DNA from: Thermofilaceae archaeon
GTDB lineage: Archaea; Thermoproteota; Thermoprotei; Thermofilales; Thermofilaceae
Reading direction: 5' to 3'
NCBI GenBank assembly: GCA_038727095.1
Contig: JAVYWK010000007.1
Coordinates: 1-64,000 of the forward strand
Length of the DNA stretch: 64,000 bases
In this document: one piece after another, positions 1 through 9,878 of the stretch
How the letters are laid out: each line of letters starts with the position of its first letter
Position numbering within the stretch: position 1 is the first letter of the stretch
The notes under the pieces: generated by a model
Told to the model about the DNA's origin: nothing
The model's database searches: none
Seen by the model: the letters and a program-made list of their open reading frames with translations, nothing else
Program-made: the position numbers and the translations under genes

Positions 1-1332
1 ACTAGGATCGTCGGTTCGGAGAGAATCGAAGCTGTCGGTCTCTCGTCGCAGAGGGAGGCTTTCGCTCCGCTGGATAAGGAGGGGAGGGTTCTCTACAACG
101 CGATAATCTGGCTTGATTCTCGCGCAAGTAAGCAGGAGGAGTGGGTTCGCGAGCGAGTTGGAAGCCAGCGGGTTCTCGAGATCACGGGGCTGCCAGTGGA
201 TCAGATGTTCTCCGCTGTTAAGCTCCTATGGTTGAAGGAGGAGGCGGAGCAGTTGTTCCGCAGGATCGACAGGATTCTCTTCGCTAAGGACTTCATTGCC
301 TACAAGTTGACGGGTGAAGCCTGCACTGACTTCAGCATGGCTTCGCGGACGATGCTGCTGGACATCCGCAGGTTGAAGTGGTCCCTCGAGCTCTGCGAGG
401 AGCTGGGGATCCCGGCGGAAATCCTCCCGCCTCTTAAGGGCTCATGGGAGGTGGTCGGCGAGGTGACTTCGGAAGCTGCTGAAGTTACCGGGCTTAAACG
501 GGGAACTCCCATCGTCAGCGGTGGGGGTGATAGACCATGCGAGGCGCTCGGAGCCGGGGTTGTCGATGAGGGCGAGGTGAACATTGGTTCAGGAACTGGC
601 ACGTGCTTCGAGGCCCCCCTCGTCGAGCCAAGGCCGGACAAGAAGATGCGCATCGATACTTGCGTGCACGTGGTTCCAAACCGGTGGGAGTACGAAATCG
701 TGGTTAACGCGACCGGGGAATCGCTGAGGTGGTTTAGGGACCACTTCGGCGGCATCGAGGTTGAGGAGGCGCGGCGGCGCCAGGTCTCGGTGTACGATGT
801 CCTCCTCGAGGAGGCCGAAAAAGTGCCGCCGGGGAGCGAAGGTCTCTTCTACTACCCATACTTATGGGGAGCGAAAGCCCCCTTCTTCAATCCTCGCGCG
901 AAGGGCGTCTTCATAGGCTTCACTCACGCTCACTCGCGCAGCCACTTTGTGCGTGCTATACTCGAGGGTGTAGCCTTCCAGTACAAGGGCGTGCTCGATC
1001 TGCTCGAAGAGCTAGGCGTTCATGTCAAGCGTTTGACAATGACCGGTGGTGAAGTGAGGGGGGAGCTTTGGAACAGGATTAAAGCGTCCGTCGTGGGTGT
1101 AAGCCTCCTCTTACCGCACGTTAGCGATGCGGCAGGTCTCGGCGCCGCGATTCTAGCCGCTGTCGGCTGCGGGCACTGCAGGGATGTGCGGCACGCGATC
1201 GGGTCGATGGTACACATAGAGCGCGCAGTAGACCCAGACCGGGAGATGCAGAGGTTCTATGCCGAGCTCTACCCGAAGTACGTGAAGACCTACTGTTACC
1301 TGGAGAAAGCCTTCAATAGCGCGAAAAGTTAA
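1..1332 (+). CDS. FGGY-family carbohydrate kinase (xylulokinase-like), 5' truncated by window edge
   Basis: Frame is open from base 1 (SSQRE...NAIIWLDSR); TDFSMASRTML, GGDRPC, GTGT and RAILEGVAF motifs. Confidence 0.9.
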   Translation, partial: TRIVGSERIEAVGLSSQREAFAPLDKEGRVLYNAIIWLDSRASKQEEWVRERVGSQRVLEITGLPVDQMFSAVKLLWLKEEAEQLFRRIDRILFAKDFIAYKLTGEACTDFSMASRTMLLDIRRLKWSLELCEELGIPAEILPPLKGSWEVVGEVTSEAAEVTGLKRGTPIVSGGGDRPCEALGAGVVDEGEVNIGSGTGTCFEAPLVEPRPDKKMRIDTCVHVVPNRWEYEIVVNATGESLRWFRDHFGGIEVEEARRRQVSVYDVLLEEAEKVPPGSEGLFYYPYLWGAKAPFFNPRAKGVFIGFTHAHSRSHFVRAILEGVAFQYKGVLDLLEELGVHVKRLTMTGGEVRGELWNRIKASVVGVSLLLPHVSDAAGLGAAILAAVGCGHCRDVRHAIGSMVHIERAVDPDREMQRFYAELYPKYVKTYCYLEKAFNSAKS

Positions 1333-1357
1333 AAGGGACTCTCAGAATCGCTTTCAC

Positions 1358-1458
1358 AGCCCGGTGGTGTAGCGGCAAGCATGCGGGGCTTTGAGCCGAG
1401 CTTTAAGCTCGACGAGCATGCCCCCGAGGCCGGGGTTCGAATCCCCGCCGGGCTACCA
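1358..1458 (+). tRNA. tRNA-Gln(UUG) with 26-nt intron (1394-1419), best placed at 36/37
   Basis: AGCCCGG/CCGGGCT acceptor stem, CGGGG-CT-TTG...CCCCG anticodon arm, TTCGAAT, encoded CCA; BHB central helix GCTT/GAGC. Confidence 0.92.
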
Positions 1459-1599
1459 AGCTTTTCCAATGGGGGAGCCGCGTCTTCGGGATACTCACGA
1501 TAAGCGAGTCAACAGGTCAGATCAGCCAGGTTGCAAGCGATCAACTTAGCCTCCAAAGGCATAAGCACTGAATTTAAGGGGGGTTGTGATCTTTAAAGT

Positions 1600-2661
1600 G
1601 TGGGTGTGGAAGGAGTTAGAGGGGTTAGACCAGCACGCTGGTTTGCGAAGCTGGATGCTGGTAAGGTCAGGTGCTTGCTATGCCCGTGGAGGTGCGTCCT
1701 GGAGCCCGAGCGCGTGGGGCTCTGTGGCGTCAGGATGAACAGGGGTGGTGAGCTTTACACGCTTGTTTACGGCATGGTTTCATCCATGGCGATCGACCCC
1801 ATTGAGAAGAAGCCGCTCTACCATTTCTACCCGGGCGCGCCTATCTTTAGCATCAGCACGGTGGGGTGCAACTTTAGGTGCCCCTGGTGTCAGAATTGGA
1901 CCATCTCGCGCGCTAGCCCTACTAAGGCGTGGCTGGAGTACGTGGAGCCGCAGGACGTCGTGAGACTCATGAAGCGGTACGGTGTTCCCTTCCTGGCGTT
2001 TACGTACAACGAGCCTCTCATATGGTACGAGTACGTTGAGGAGGTCGCTAAACTGGTGAAGCGGGAAGGGGGGTTTAACGTACTGGTCACCAACGGCTTT
2101 GCCTGCCGGGAGCCGGTGGAGGAGCTGGCGGGATACATCGACGCCGCCAACGTTGATGTTAAAGCCTTCGATCCCTTGACCTACCTACGAGTGATCGGCG
2201 GCAAGCTGGAAGCCGTGCTCGAAAATGTCAAGCTGCTCAGGGAGAAAGGCGTGCATGTTGAGACCACCTACCTAGTCGTTCCTGGAGTTAACGATTCTGA
2301 GGAGGAGTTCCGCAAAATGCTACGCTGGCATTTAGACGAGCTGGGCCCAGAGGTTCCCCTTCACATCTCGCGCTTTTTCCCGCACTATAAGTTCATAGAT
2401 AGGCCGCCCACGCCTGTAGAGACCCTAGTGGGATTCTGGGAGCTAGCGAGAAAGGAGGGGTTGCGCTACGTTTACGTGGGCAATGTGCCCGGCCACGGTG
2501 GTGAGTACACGTACTGCCCTCAGTGCGGGAAACCCGTGATAAAGCGCTTCGGTTTTGAGATCTTTGAGTGGAACCTCACGCCGGATAATCGCTGCAGGTT
2601 CTGTGGAGCTCGGGTATACATAAGGGGGGCGCGGTGGCGAGAGGGCTCTACGGCGGGGTAG
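1600..2661 (+). CDS. AmmeMemoRadiSam-type radical SAM enzyme (PFL-activase-like)
   Basis: CLLCPWRC...CGVR N-terminus, DPIEKKPLYHF, CNFRCPWC SAM motif, C-terminal CPQC/CRFC. Confidence 0.88.
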   Translation: MGVEGVRGVRPARWFAKLDAGKVRCLLCPWRCVLEPERVGLCGVRMNRGGELYTLVYGMVSSMAIDPIEKKPLYHFYPGAPIFSISTVGCNFRCPWCQNWTISRASPTKAWLEYVEPQDVVRLMKRYGVPFLAFTYNEPLIWYEYVEEVAKLVKREGGFNVLVTNGFACREPVEELAGYIDAANVDVKAFDPLTYLRVIGGKLEAVLENVKLLREKGVHVETTYLVVPGVNDSEEEFRKMLRWHLDELGPEVPLHISRFFPHYKFIDRPPTPVETLVGFWELARKEGLRYVYVGNVPGHGGEYTYCPQCGKPVIKRFGFEIFEWNLTPDNRCRFCGARVYIRGARWREGSTAG

Positions 2662-2665
2662 TACG

Positions 2666-3184
2666 CTAACGCGGTAAAGTAACTCCTCTTTGCCCTTGGT
2701 ACCTGCCTCGGTAGGGGATAGGCTCGCCCTCGACCCTGTAGAATACGACGTGAGCGAAGCGCATACCCTTTCTTAGAAGCACGGGGAACGCTCCACCGTG
2801 CACCTCCAGCGTGATTTGCCCCTCGAACCCTGCGTCGATCACGGTCGGCGGGATGCTAAGTCCCAGGCGCGCGAACGTGCTCCTCAGCTCGATGAGACCG
2901 GCCACGTCGTCCGGCATTTTAACGTACTCGAGCGTGGAGACTAGCACCTTCATGTACGGCTGGAGGACAAAGCCGGAGTCCAGCCTCATTACCTTGTAGT
3001 ACTCGTTCAAGTTCACCTCCCTCAATTTATCTGGATCGAGCGGCACGGGGTTATTGAGCAGCACAGCGATCTCATCTCCGATCCGCAGGTCTATTCCGTT
3101 TTCCCTTATGCACTCGCTGGACAGGGGGTCTACCATCAGTAAGCCCTTTTCAATTAATCTCCTGATTTCAGCGCCCGAAAGCAT
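2666..3184 (-). CDS. dcd: dCTP deaminase
   Basis: DLRIG, RSTFARLG, IDAGFEGQITLE, YRGRYQGQRG; start placed at MLSG. Confidence 0.92.
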   Translation of the reverse strand: MLSGAEIRRLIEKGLLMVDPLSSECIRENGIDLRIGDEIAVLLNNPVPLDPDKLREVNLNEYYKVMRLDSGFVLQPYMKVLVSTLEYVKMPDDVAGLIELRSTFARLGLSIPPTVIDAGFEGQITLEVHGGAFPVLLRKGMRFAHVVFYRVEGEPIPYRGRYQGQRGVTLPR

Positions 3185-3234
3185 GCCCTTCGAGTACTGC
3201 CGGAGAATAAACAATCAACGCTTAAGAACAGGGG

Positions 3235-4122
3235 CTAGTGACGCTCCGAGGATCTAACTGCAATGACCCCTTCACCCACCGCAACGCCCGCAGCCGAAGC
3301 AACTGGCACGCACTTCGCAAGGAGCACGTGGATCACGGGCTTCGGTGGGCACCACTCTTCGAATGCCTCAAAGTTCGCCATCCCCTTTGCCAGTACAACA
3401 TCCACTGAAGATAATAATTCCAAAACCTCCTTTGATAGCTCCCCCGGAAGAGGGCCGGCACTATCGCTCCCCGTGCCTACGACTTGCGCGTAGTCGCCGA
3501 AGCCGAGCGCTTTAGCCTCCTCTTCAGTGACGTCGTTTTGGTAGGCACCGCTCTTCGCCACAACGTAGACCTCAAGCCCCATGCTATCCAGAACCTTCAC
3601 CACCTCTAAGTCCAGCAGAGCCTCCCCAGCGTTGTCGAGGATGTAGGCGACCTTTCGAGCAGCCGATAAGAGCCGGCACGCCATCGCGCTCTCATCGCGG
3701 CCCAACCTGATTGTAAAATTCACGGTGAACGCACCGTAGCCCGGTACCCCCGGATCTAGGGCGTTCAGCGCGATCGAGTCTATGAGCAGCTCTCGCAAAA
3801 GCTCGCAGCCCTTCAGCCCTCTTACACGCTCCTGTACGCGTGGTATCACGTGCTCCTTCACCCAGCTGTTGCTCTCGGCCTTGTAGCCACTGTAAGGATC
3901 GGCGTTTCTGGCTGCCAGCTTTACGAACCGGTAAGTATCGGTAGCCAATCTAATCGTGGATGAAAAGGGGGTAGCAGCGGCCAACATTCCAGCAAGCCTC
4001 GTTAGCGCGGAGACCCTCTCATAGTCGCTTAACTGAGAATTTAGAAGCTCTCTCGACCTCGCCACGTAGATGCAGGGGATGCACTGCGGCCAGATGCGCA
4101 TGCATCCCCTGCAAGGTTTCAT
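3235..4122 (-). CDS. DUF89/ARMT1-like damage-control phosphatase
   Basis: CIPC, DPY..K..SN, DNAGE, NDVT, KGMANFE and AKC motifs. Confidence 0.9.
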   Translation of the reverse strand: MKPCRGCMRIWPQCIPCIYVARSRELLNSQLSDYERVSALTRLAGMLAAATPFSSTIRLATDTYRFVKLAARNADPYSGYKAESNSWVKEHVIPRVQERVRGLKGCELLRELLIDSIALNALDPGVPGYGAFTVNFTIRLGRDESAMACRLLSAARKVAYILDNAGEALLDLEVVKVLDSMGLEVYVVAKSGAYQNDVTEEEAKALGFGDYAQVVGTGSDSAGPLPGELSKEVLELLSSVDVVLAKGMANFEAFEEWCPPKPVIHVLLAKCVPVASAAGVAVGEGVIAVRSSERH

Positions 4123-4154
4123 GTGATAAGTTTTGATCCGTGCCAGCGGCCGGG

Positions 4155-4251
4155 TGGCGGGCCCGCCGGGACTCGAACCCGGGTCGTCCGCGCGGCTGCC
4201 CCGCTCTACGGGTTAAAAGCCCGTCGCTCTTCCAGGCTGAGCTACGGGCCC
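4155..4251 (-). tRNA. tRNA-Lys(UUU) with 20-nt intron at 45/46 (4186-4205)
   Basis: Reverse complement GGGCCCG...ACGGG-CT-TTT-AA-CCCGT...TTCGAGT...CGGGCCC-GCCA; BHB CCGT/GCGG in variable loop. Confidence 0.93.
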
Positions 4252-4385
4252 TCGTAGACATCCTTCAAAATCTGTTTTAAGCTTTATCTGCGCCGAAAGA
4301 CCGGCACAAACCTTCGTCACGTCTCTCAAATGCATCACTTTCCAAATATATCAGTTTTAAAGCGCTTCGTAGATGAGAGCCTTCG

Positions 4386-4937
4386 ATGGGAGAGAGCGTA
4401 TCCGTGTACGTTGAGAGCAGTGAGGAGCTCGAAGTAGAGTGTCCTCTCTGCGGAAGGAAGGCTGTGCTACGGGAGGCCACATATGACTTACCGAACGTCG
4501 GTAGAGCACTGCTCGCGTCGTTGACGTGCGCACACTGTGGCTACCGGCGCGCCGATCTAGTCCCTCTACACACCTACCGTCGCAGACGCATCTATTACAC
4601 GGTGAGCGATCCTGAGGATCTTAACGCAAGGGTTCTTCGCAGTAGCGTTGCAACCGTAGAAATCCCCGAGCTGGGGGTCTCTATCACACCGGGTGCGGGC
4701 GCGCACTTCACCGTGACGAACGTGGAGGGGATACTGAGGCTCGTACAGGATGCGGCGAAGTCGATCGAAGTATTGGGGGAGGGTTCAACAGGCTTCGTGG
4801 ACACTGTTGAGCGGCTGATAAGCAGAGGGGGGCGATTCACGCTAATTATCGACGATCCATGGGGTGTGAGCTTCGTGGAGCCTCCCAAAGAGGTACGGGC
4901 TTGCAAGGTGCTTTTCGAGGAAGTAGAGGCCGGCTAG
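4386..4937 (+). CDS. ZPR1 zinc-finger domain protein
   Basis: CPLC...CAHCGYR, IPELG..I.PG, TNVEG, FTLIIDDP.G.S. Confidence 0.92.
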   Translation: MGESVSVYVESSEELEVECPLCGRKAVLREATYDLPNVGRALLASLTCAHCGYRRADLVPLHTYRRRRIYYTVSDPEDLNARVLRSSVATVEIPELGVSITPGAGAHFTVTNVEGILRLVQDAAKSIEVLGEGSTGFVDTVERLISRGGRFTLIIDDPWGVSFVEPPKEVRACKVLFEEVEAG

Positions 4938-4983
4938 CCTGTACACTAGAAAAGTTAATACCGCCGTTTGCTGCAAGCTACAT

Positions 4984-5163
4984 GTGGCGAGAAAGGGAGG
5001 TAAGAAGAAAACCACAGCTCCTCGGACTGCTGCAGGACTCGTCACGTACTTCGAGGAGGAGGTAGGCGGATTAAGGCTCAGACCAGAAGTTGTGATCGCG
5101 CTGACTGTAGGACTGATGCTTCTCGTGATTCTGGCCCACATCATAATACCGGTGCCGCCCTAA
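4984..5163 (+). CDS. secG: Preprotein translocase subunit Sec61beta (59 aa, not in ORF track)
   Basis: Manual translation VARKGGKKK...AAGLVTYFEEE...LRPEVV plus one TM helix; stop abuts srp54 start. Confidence 0.9.
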   Translation: MARKGGKKKTTAPRTAAGLVTYFEEEVGGLRLRPEVVIALTVGLMLLVILAHIIIPVPP

Positions 5164-6456
5164 ATGGAGGAGTTTAAAAAAGGATTATTAAAAGTTGTAT
5201 CCCTGATAAAAAGGGAAGCCGTAATAGATAGAGTATCCGTAAGAAGAGTGCTAAGGGAGCTCGAAAGAGAGTTGCTAAAGGCTGACGTTAGCCCGCAACT
5301 CGTTCTCGAGCTCTCTAGAAAAATTGAGGAAAAGACCCTGCGGGAGCAGGTTCCCCCAGGCTTCTCGAGGAGAGAGCTGCTTCTGAAGAACATGTACGAG
5401 GAGCTGGTAAATCTTTTAGGCGGCGAATCCCGCTACGAGCCTAAGGTAGGTAAGGGTAGTACGATACTACTGGTGGGTTTGCAGGGCTCCGGTAAAACGA
5501 CAACAGCAGCTAAGCTTGCACTGTACTACAAGCGTCGGGGTTTCAGAGTAGGGCTGGTTTGCGCTGACAACTACCGTCCGGGAGCACTTGAGCAACTAAA
5601 GCAGCTTTCTGAGCAGGTCGGTGCGGAGTTTTACGGTCGTGTAGCGCCCCCTCTTGACGTTGCACTGGAGGGTATGAGGGAGCTTAAGAGGAGAGGTGCT
5701 GATATAGTGATCATAGATACAGCCGGGCGCCATAAGGAGGAGGCGATGCTACTCCACGAGGTTAAGGAAATCGCTGAGAAGATTAAACCAACTGAGGTAA
5801 TGCTAGTCCTCGACGCTACGATCGGGAAAGCCGCAGGCCCGCAAGCGGAGGCCTTTCACAAAGCTGTGCCTGTGGGTTCGATAATCCTGACAAAAATGGA
5901 CGGCGCTGCACGAGGGGGTGGAGCCTTGGCGGCTGTAGCTAAAACAGGCGCTAGGATAGCCTTCATAGGCGTTGGGGAGAAAGTGGATGAGTTAGAGCCC
6001 TTCGATCCCCCCTCATTCGTCAGCAGGCTTCTGGGTATGGGCGACTTGAAAGCCCTCGTAGAGAAGCTGCGAAGTGCTCAGCTGGCCGTGAGCGCCGAAA
6101 CCATCCTTTCAGGGAGATTCACGCTTCTTGAGTTTAAGCATCAGCTGGAGGAGCTAAACAGGATGGGGCCCTTGAGGAAGATTCTCGAGCTCTTACCGGG
6201 TGGAGTTCAGTTGACTCCCGAGCTTGAAAAAGCGGGATCGGAGAATCTAAGGAAATGGATCTCGATTATGAACTCCATGACTAGGGAGGAGTTGGCGAAA
6301 CCGGAGATAATAGGTAGATCTCGCATGCTGAGAATCGCAAGGGGATCGGGTACAACAGTGAAGGACGTGAAGGAGCTTCTTGAGGCTTACAGAAGGGCTC
6401 AAAAACTGATGCGCCAGCTCACCCGCTCCCGACGAGCTAGGCTAAGCTTACCGTGA
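5164..6456 (+). CDS. srp54: Signal recognition particle protein SRP54
   Basis: GLQGSGKTT, DTAGR, TKMDG; M domain with RIARGSG. Confidence 0.97.
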   Translation: MEEFKKGLLKVVSLIKREAVIDRVSVRRVLRELERELLKADVSPQLVLELSRKIEEKTLREQVPPGFSRRELLLKNMYEELVNLLGGESRYEPKVGKGSTILLVGLQGSGKTTTAAKLALYYKRRGFRVGLVCADNYRPGALEQLKQLSEQVGAEFYGRVAPPLDVALEGMRELKRRGADIVIIDTAGRHKEEAMLLHEVKEIAEKIKPTEVMLVLDATIGKAAGPQAEAFHKAVPVGSIILTKMDGAARGGGALAAVAKTGARIAFIGVGEKVDELEPFDPPSFVSRLLGMGDLKALVEKLRSAQLAVSAETILSGRFTLLEFKHQLEELNRMGPLRKILELLPGGVQLTPELEKAGSENLRKWISIMNSMTREELAKPEIIGRSRMLRIARGSGTTVKDVKELLEAYRRAQKLMRQLTRSRRARLSLP

Positions 6457-6980
6457 GACGCCGGTTCATAGTTCTAGCGGATACACTCGACGAAATGCAG
6501 CGAGCCGCGCCGCTTTTAGCGCGATGCGTGTCCGCAGCGCTGATGATATCGCATGGGCTTCGCACCGACGCCGATCTACTCTTCCATTCCTTAAAAGATG
6601 GTTTTACGATGCATTTCGTGGCCGACCGACTCAGAGGGGTTAGGCCTGACGAGGCATCTGTGCTAGGCATTATAACGAAAGCCTTTCGCGCCGCCTGCAC
6701 CGTTGGCGATCGTCCTCGAAGTGTCCACTCGGGAGTTCTCATCTGCAAGCGATCGTTAAACGCTTTCCTCGCACAGTTCTCGGCGAAGTACTTGTGCAGC
6801 TCGCGCGGTTTAGACCTTAGATACGTGCAGACCAGTTACAGAGATCTGCTCTTCATCGTACCTCTGCATCACGAACCCCATATTGAAGGTGTGGCGCTCC
6901 TGAGGTGCTTCACTGACGTGCTATTGCCCGATCAAGTAATATCCCTCCTAAACCTCTACCTAGATAGGTGCTGCGTATGA
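6453..6980 (+). CDS. trmY: tRNA pseudouridine(54)-N1-methyltransferase-like SPOUT protein
   Basis: RRFIV, LARCVSAAL.ISHGLR.D, L....PDE motifs; located between srp54 and pus10; C-terminal half diverged. Confidence 0.72.
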   Translation: MRRRFIVLADTLDEMQRAAPLLARCVSAALMISHGLRTDADLLFHSLKDGFTMHFVADRLRGVRPDEASVLGIITKAFRAACTVGDRPRSVHSGVLICKRSLNAFLAQFSAKYLCSSRGLDLRYVQTSYRDLLFIVPLHHEPHIEGVALLRCFTDVLLPDQVISLLNLYLDRCCV

Positions 6981-8305
6981 AGGGGGAGGAGCTGCTGAGC
7001 GTCGCACGAAAAGTGCTTGCCGAGCATGCTCTATGCGACTCGTGCCTAGGTAGGCTTTTCGGGATGCTTGGCTACGGTTTGACGAACGCCGAGAGAGGGC
7101 GCGCCATAAAGACCGTCTTGCTCATGGAGTCCTACGATTCTATGAAAGGGGGGGCGGACAGAACCGTGTTGTCCCGTCTCGCGGACACAGGCTTTAAACC
7201 AGCAATTGAGACCCTTGCAAGACTAGGCGATCTTCGAGAAGTCGCGCAAAAGTGCTCGCTATGCGGTGGCGTAATGGAGCGCTTAGACGAGCTAGCCCAC
7301 ATGTGTTTAGAGGCTAGTAGGGAATACCAGTTCGAAACATTCCAGGTTGGCTGCTCCCTACCGAGTGAGCTTGTGAAGCATGAGGAAGAGCTTTGGCTTA
7401 GGTATCGCATCGAGAGCGCTGAATCCTTGAAGGGTGAGTTAACCAGGGAGGTGGGAAAGCGTATCGCGACGCTAACCGGTAAGCAGTACTCCCTGCAGAA
7501 CCCTGATGTAGTTTTCTTGATCGACCTGGGCTCGTGGGGCGTTTCGGTACAAGCGCGCCCCCTATTCATCTACGGACGTTACAGGAAGCTCGTCAGAGGG
7601 CTCCCACAGAGCCCCTGGCTCTACAAACCGGATTCACGCGTCCTCTACCCTACTTCGATTGAAGAGCTTATTTCGAAGCCCCTCGTCGCCTTAGCCAAGG
7701 GTAGTGGTGCAAAGCTCCACGCGGCCGGGAGGGAAGACTTGGACGTGAGGACCCTGGGGAGCGGCAGACCTTTCGTCGCAGAAATACTCTGTCCTAAAGT
7801 TAGGACTATAGATCTACACGAAGCTGAACGTTTGATAAATCAGGAGGCTGGCGGGCTTATCGAAGTTGAGGGACTGCAGTTCATCGATGGCAGGATAGTT
7901 CCAAAGTTGAAAGCCTATTCGGAGATCGCTCGCAAGACCTATGTAGCACGGGTCAGTATTAGCAAAAAAGTTAATATAAATGATTTAGAACTTATCGAAA
8001 AAAGCCTTAAAGATGCAGTTATTACTCAGAAAACACCAACGAGAATTCTTGGTAAAAAAGTTGACAAAATTAGAAAGAAAGTGGTATACGAGGTGAAAGC
8101 CAAAATGATGGAGGATAATGTCATAGAACTGATCATAACTTGCCAAGGTGGGCTGTACGTTAAAGAGCTCATTCACGGTGATAGGGGAAGGACTAAACCT
8201 AGTGTAGCCGAGATCCTTAACGCAGTTGTAGAAGTGGAAGAGCTAGACGTTGTCCATATCGAGGAACCGGCTATTGTGAAGCAGTACCTTCGCTCGGTGG
8301 GTTAG
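6977..8305 (+). CDS. pus10: tRNA pseudouridine(54/55) synthase Pus10
   Basis: LCDSCLGR, GRYRKL.R..PQ, HAAGREDLDVR.LG.GRPF, GGLYVKELIHGD.GRT.PS. Confidence 0.95.
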   Translation: MKGEELLSVARKVLAEHALCDSCLGRLFGMLGYGLTNAERGRAIKTVLLMESYDSMKGGADRTVLSRLADTGFKPAIETLARLGDLREVAQKCSLCGGVMERLDELAHMCLEASREYQFETFQVGCSLPSELVKHEEELWLRYRIESAESLKGELTREVGKRIATLTGKQYSLQNPDVVFLIDLGSWGVSVQARPLFIYGRYRKLVRGLPQSPWLYKPDSRVLYPTSIEELISKPLVALAKGSGAKLHAAGREDLDVRTLGSGRPFVAEILCPKVRTIDLHEAERLINQEAGGLIEVEGLQFIDGRIVPKLKAYSEIARKTYVARVSISKKVNINDLELIEKSLKDAVITQKTPTRILGKKVDKIRKKVVYEVKAKMMEDNVIELIITCQGGLYVKELIHGDRGRTKPSVAEILNAVVEVEELDVVHIEEPAIVKQYLRSVG

Positions 8306-8603
8306 CTGCTTGCACTGTGAATGGTTTGATGTGATCCTTGGTTGTTACTATGATCCTTTCCTTACCGCCCACACGGATCTTAATCTCGTAGGCTCTACCT
8401 CTCCTCCCTACTATCACCCCGATCTTCCCTTGATACCTCCTGTGCGGTGCAGTGCTTATGTAGTTGGGGCACGTGTCGATGCACACCTGATCGCCGATAT
8501 CGTACTCGTACAACAGCCTGCTTAAACCTGGTCTTCCCCTCTCTCGCGGCTTCTTGCTTAGGAGCTTCCTGCTTCTACTCCTGTAGCCTTTCGAGTGCCT
8601 CAC
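8271..8603 (-). CDS. rpl21e: 50S ribosomal protein L21e
   Basis: SKGYRSRSRKLL, PHRRYQGK.G. Confidence 0.95.
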   Translation of the reverse strand: MRHSKGYRSRSRKLLSKKPRERGRPGLSRLLYEYDIGDQVCIDTCPNYISTAPHRRYQGKIGVIVGRRGRAYEIKIRVGGKERIIVTTKDHIKPFTVQAANPPSEGTASQ

Positions 8604-8698
8604 GCGGAGCTCGCCACCGCGATCACTTATAAGGTTTATCGGCCTCTTCCTCGACTAAACTTTTAATATTGGGGAGCGTTAACTATAGAGGACTGGCG

Positions 8699-9034
8699 AT
8701 GAAAATCCTCAGCGAGAAATTGGTTCCTATACCTATCATAGCTAAGCTGCTAGAGGAGGAGTCGAGGAAACGGAACCTGAGTAGTGTCGAGGTCATTACC
8801 CTCGAGTATGCAAAGAAGTTCACTAAGATCCATGCCGAAGCAGCCGATGAGCTGGTACAAGCTCTTGTAGAAAAAGGTCTCCCTCTCGAGATAGCCGTGC
8901 AAGTGGTTAATACTCTACCTGAAAGTGAGGGCGAGCTTCGGACAATACTAGCTCCCCTCTCCAGAGTTTTTTCAACCGATGAATTACGGGAGATTATAAA
9001 TTTGTTAAAATCTTATAAAATTACTGAAACTTAA
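8699..9034 (+). CDS. rpo4: RNA polymerase subunit Rpo4 (F)
   Basis: TLEYAKKF, AVQVVN.LP....ELR.IL; conserved context with rpl21e and DUF655. Confidence 0.88.
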   Translation: MKILSEKLVPIPIIAKLLEEESRKRNLSSVEVITLEYAKKFTKIHAEAADELVQALVEKGLPLEIAVQVVNTLPESEGELRTILAPLSRVFSTDELREIINLLKSYKITET

Positions 9035-9050
9035 TTTTAAGGAGATTTGT

Positions 9051-9659
9051 ATGAAATTTCAAGATAAACGACAAAAGGTATACGAGGACTACGTGTATAT
9101 TCTGGATTTCCTACCGTATGGCTACGCTTATTCGAGAGGGAGAAGGGAAGGCTTTAGGGGTCCTATCGCCCAAGCGGTAGGGGAAAGGTACTTTATGCTG
9201 CTCGAGCTGGCTCCGATACCAGGCCTCGAGCTTAAAGCCGGCGATAGGGTCCCACTGATTAGGGATCTCGAGGGGCAGCTTCTACGAGTTACTAGACGCT
9301 TAACCTACGATGAGCTCACAGCGAATGCTAGGGCCGAGCTTCACGAGATAGTGAGACGAATAGTTGAAAGCAGGGAGGCAGAGTTTGTCGAGTTCTTCAA
9401 TAAGGCTGAACCCTTAACCACCAGGATGCATTCATTGGAATTGCTTCCGGGAATCGGTAAAAGGCTTCTGTGGAAGATCCTTGAGGAGAGGAGGAGGAAG
9501 CCTTTCGAGTCGTACAAGGACATTTACGAACGGGTCAAGATAGACCCTGTAAAAGCCATCTGCGAGAGAATACTGGAGGAACTGCAAACAGAGCAAAGGC
9601 ACTACATTTTCGTGAAACCGTTCATCAAAACGAAAACAGAGAGAGAAGAGATCTACTAG
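9051..9659 (+). CDS. DUF655 nucleic-acid-binding protein
   Basis: E.Y.YILDFLP.G, FFN.AEPLT.RMHSLELLPGIGK (HhH). Confidence 0.93.
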   Translation: MKFQDKRQKVYEDYVYILDFLPYGYAYSRGRREGFRGPIAQAVGERYFMLLELAPIPGLELKAGDRVPLIRDLEGQLLRVTRRLTYDELTANARAELHEIVRRIVESREAEFVEFFNKAEPLTTRMHSLELLPGIGKRLLWKILEERRRKPFESYKDIYERVKIDPVKAICERILEELQTEQRHYIFVKPFIKTKTEREEIY

Positions 9660-9707
9660 CCTCGGTTTCCCCATCACCTTTAAAATCTCACCATTTAAGT
9701 TCTCGAG

Positions 9708-9878
9708 ATGCCTAAGCGGTGCCCCGAGTGCGGGGGTGAAATCATCTACAACAGGGATCTCAAGACGTATATCTGCACCCGCTGCGGAAGGATGTATGTA
9801 CGAGAGGAGCTGGAGGATCTACTCGAGCGAGCCCGCGAAAGGGAGGTCGGGAGAGACCGTAGGTCGCGCCGCGTATGA
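9708..9878 (+). CDS. Small zinc-ribbon protein (56 aa, not in ORF track)
   Basis: MPKRCPECGG...YICTRCGRMY; TTTAAA about 25 nt upstream; ATGA overlap with next gene. Confidence 0.8.
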   Translation: MPKRCPECGGEIIYNRDLKTYICTRCGRMYVREELEDLLERAREREVGRDRRSRRV

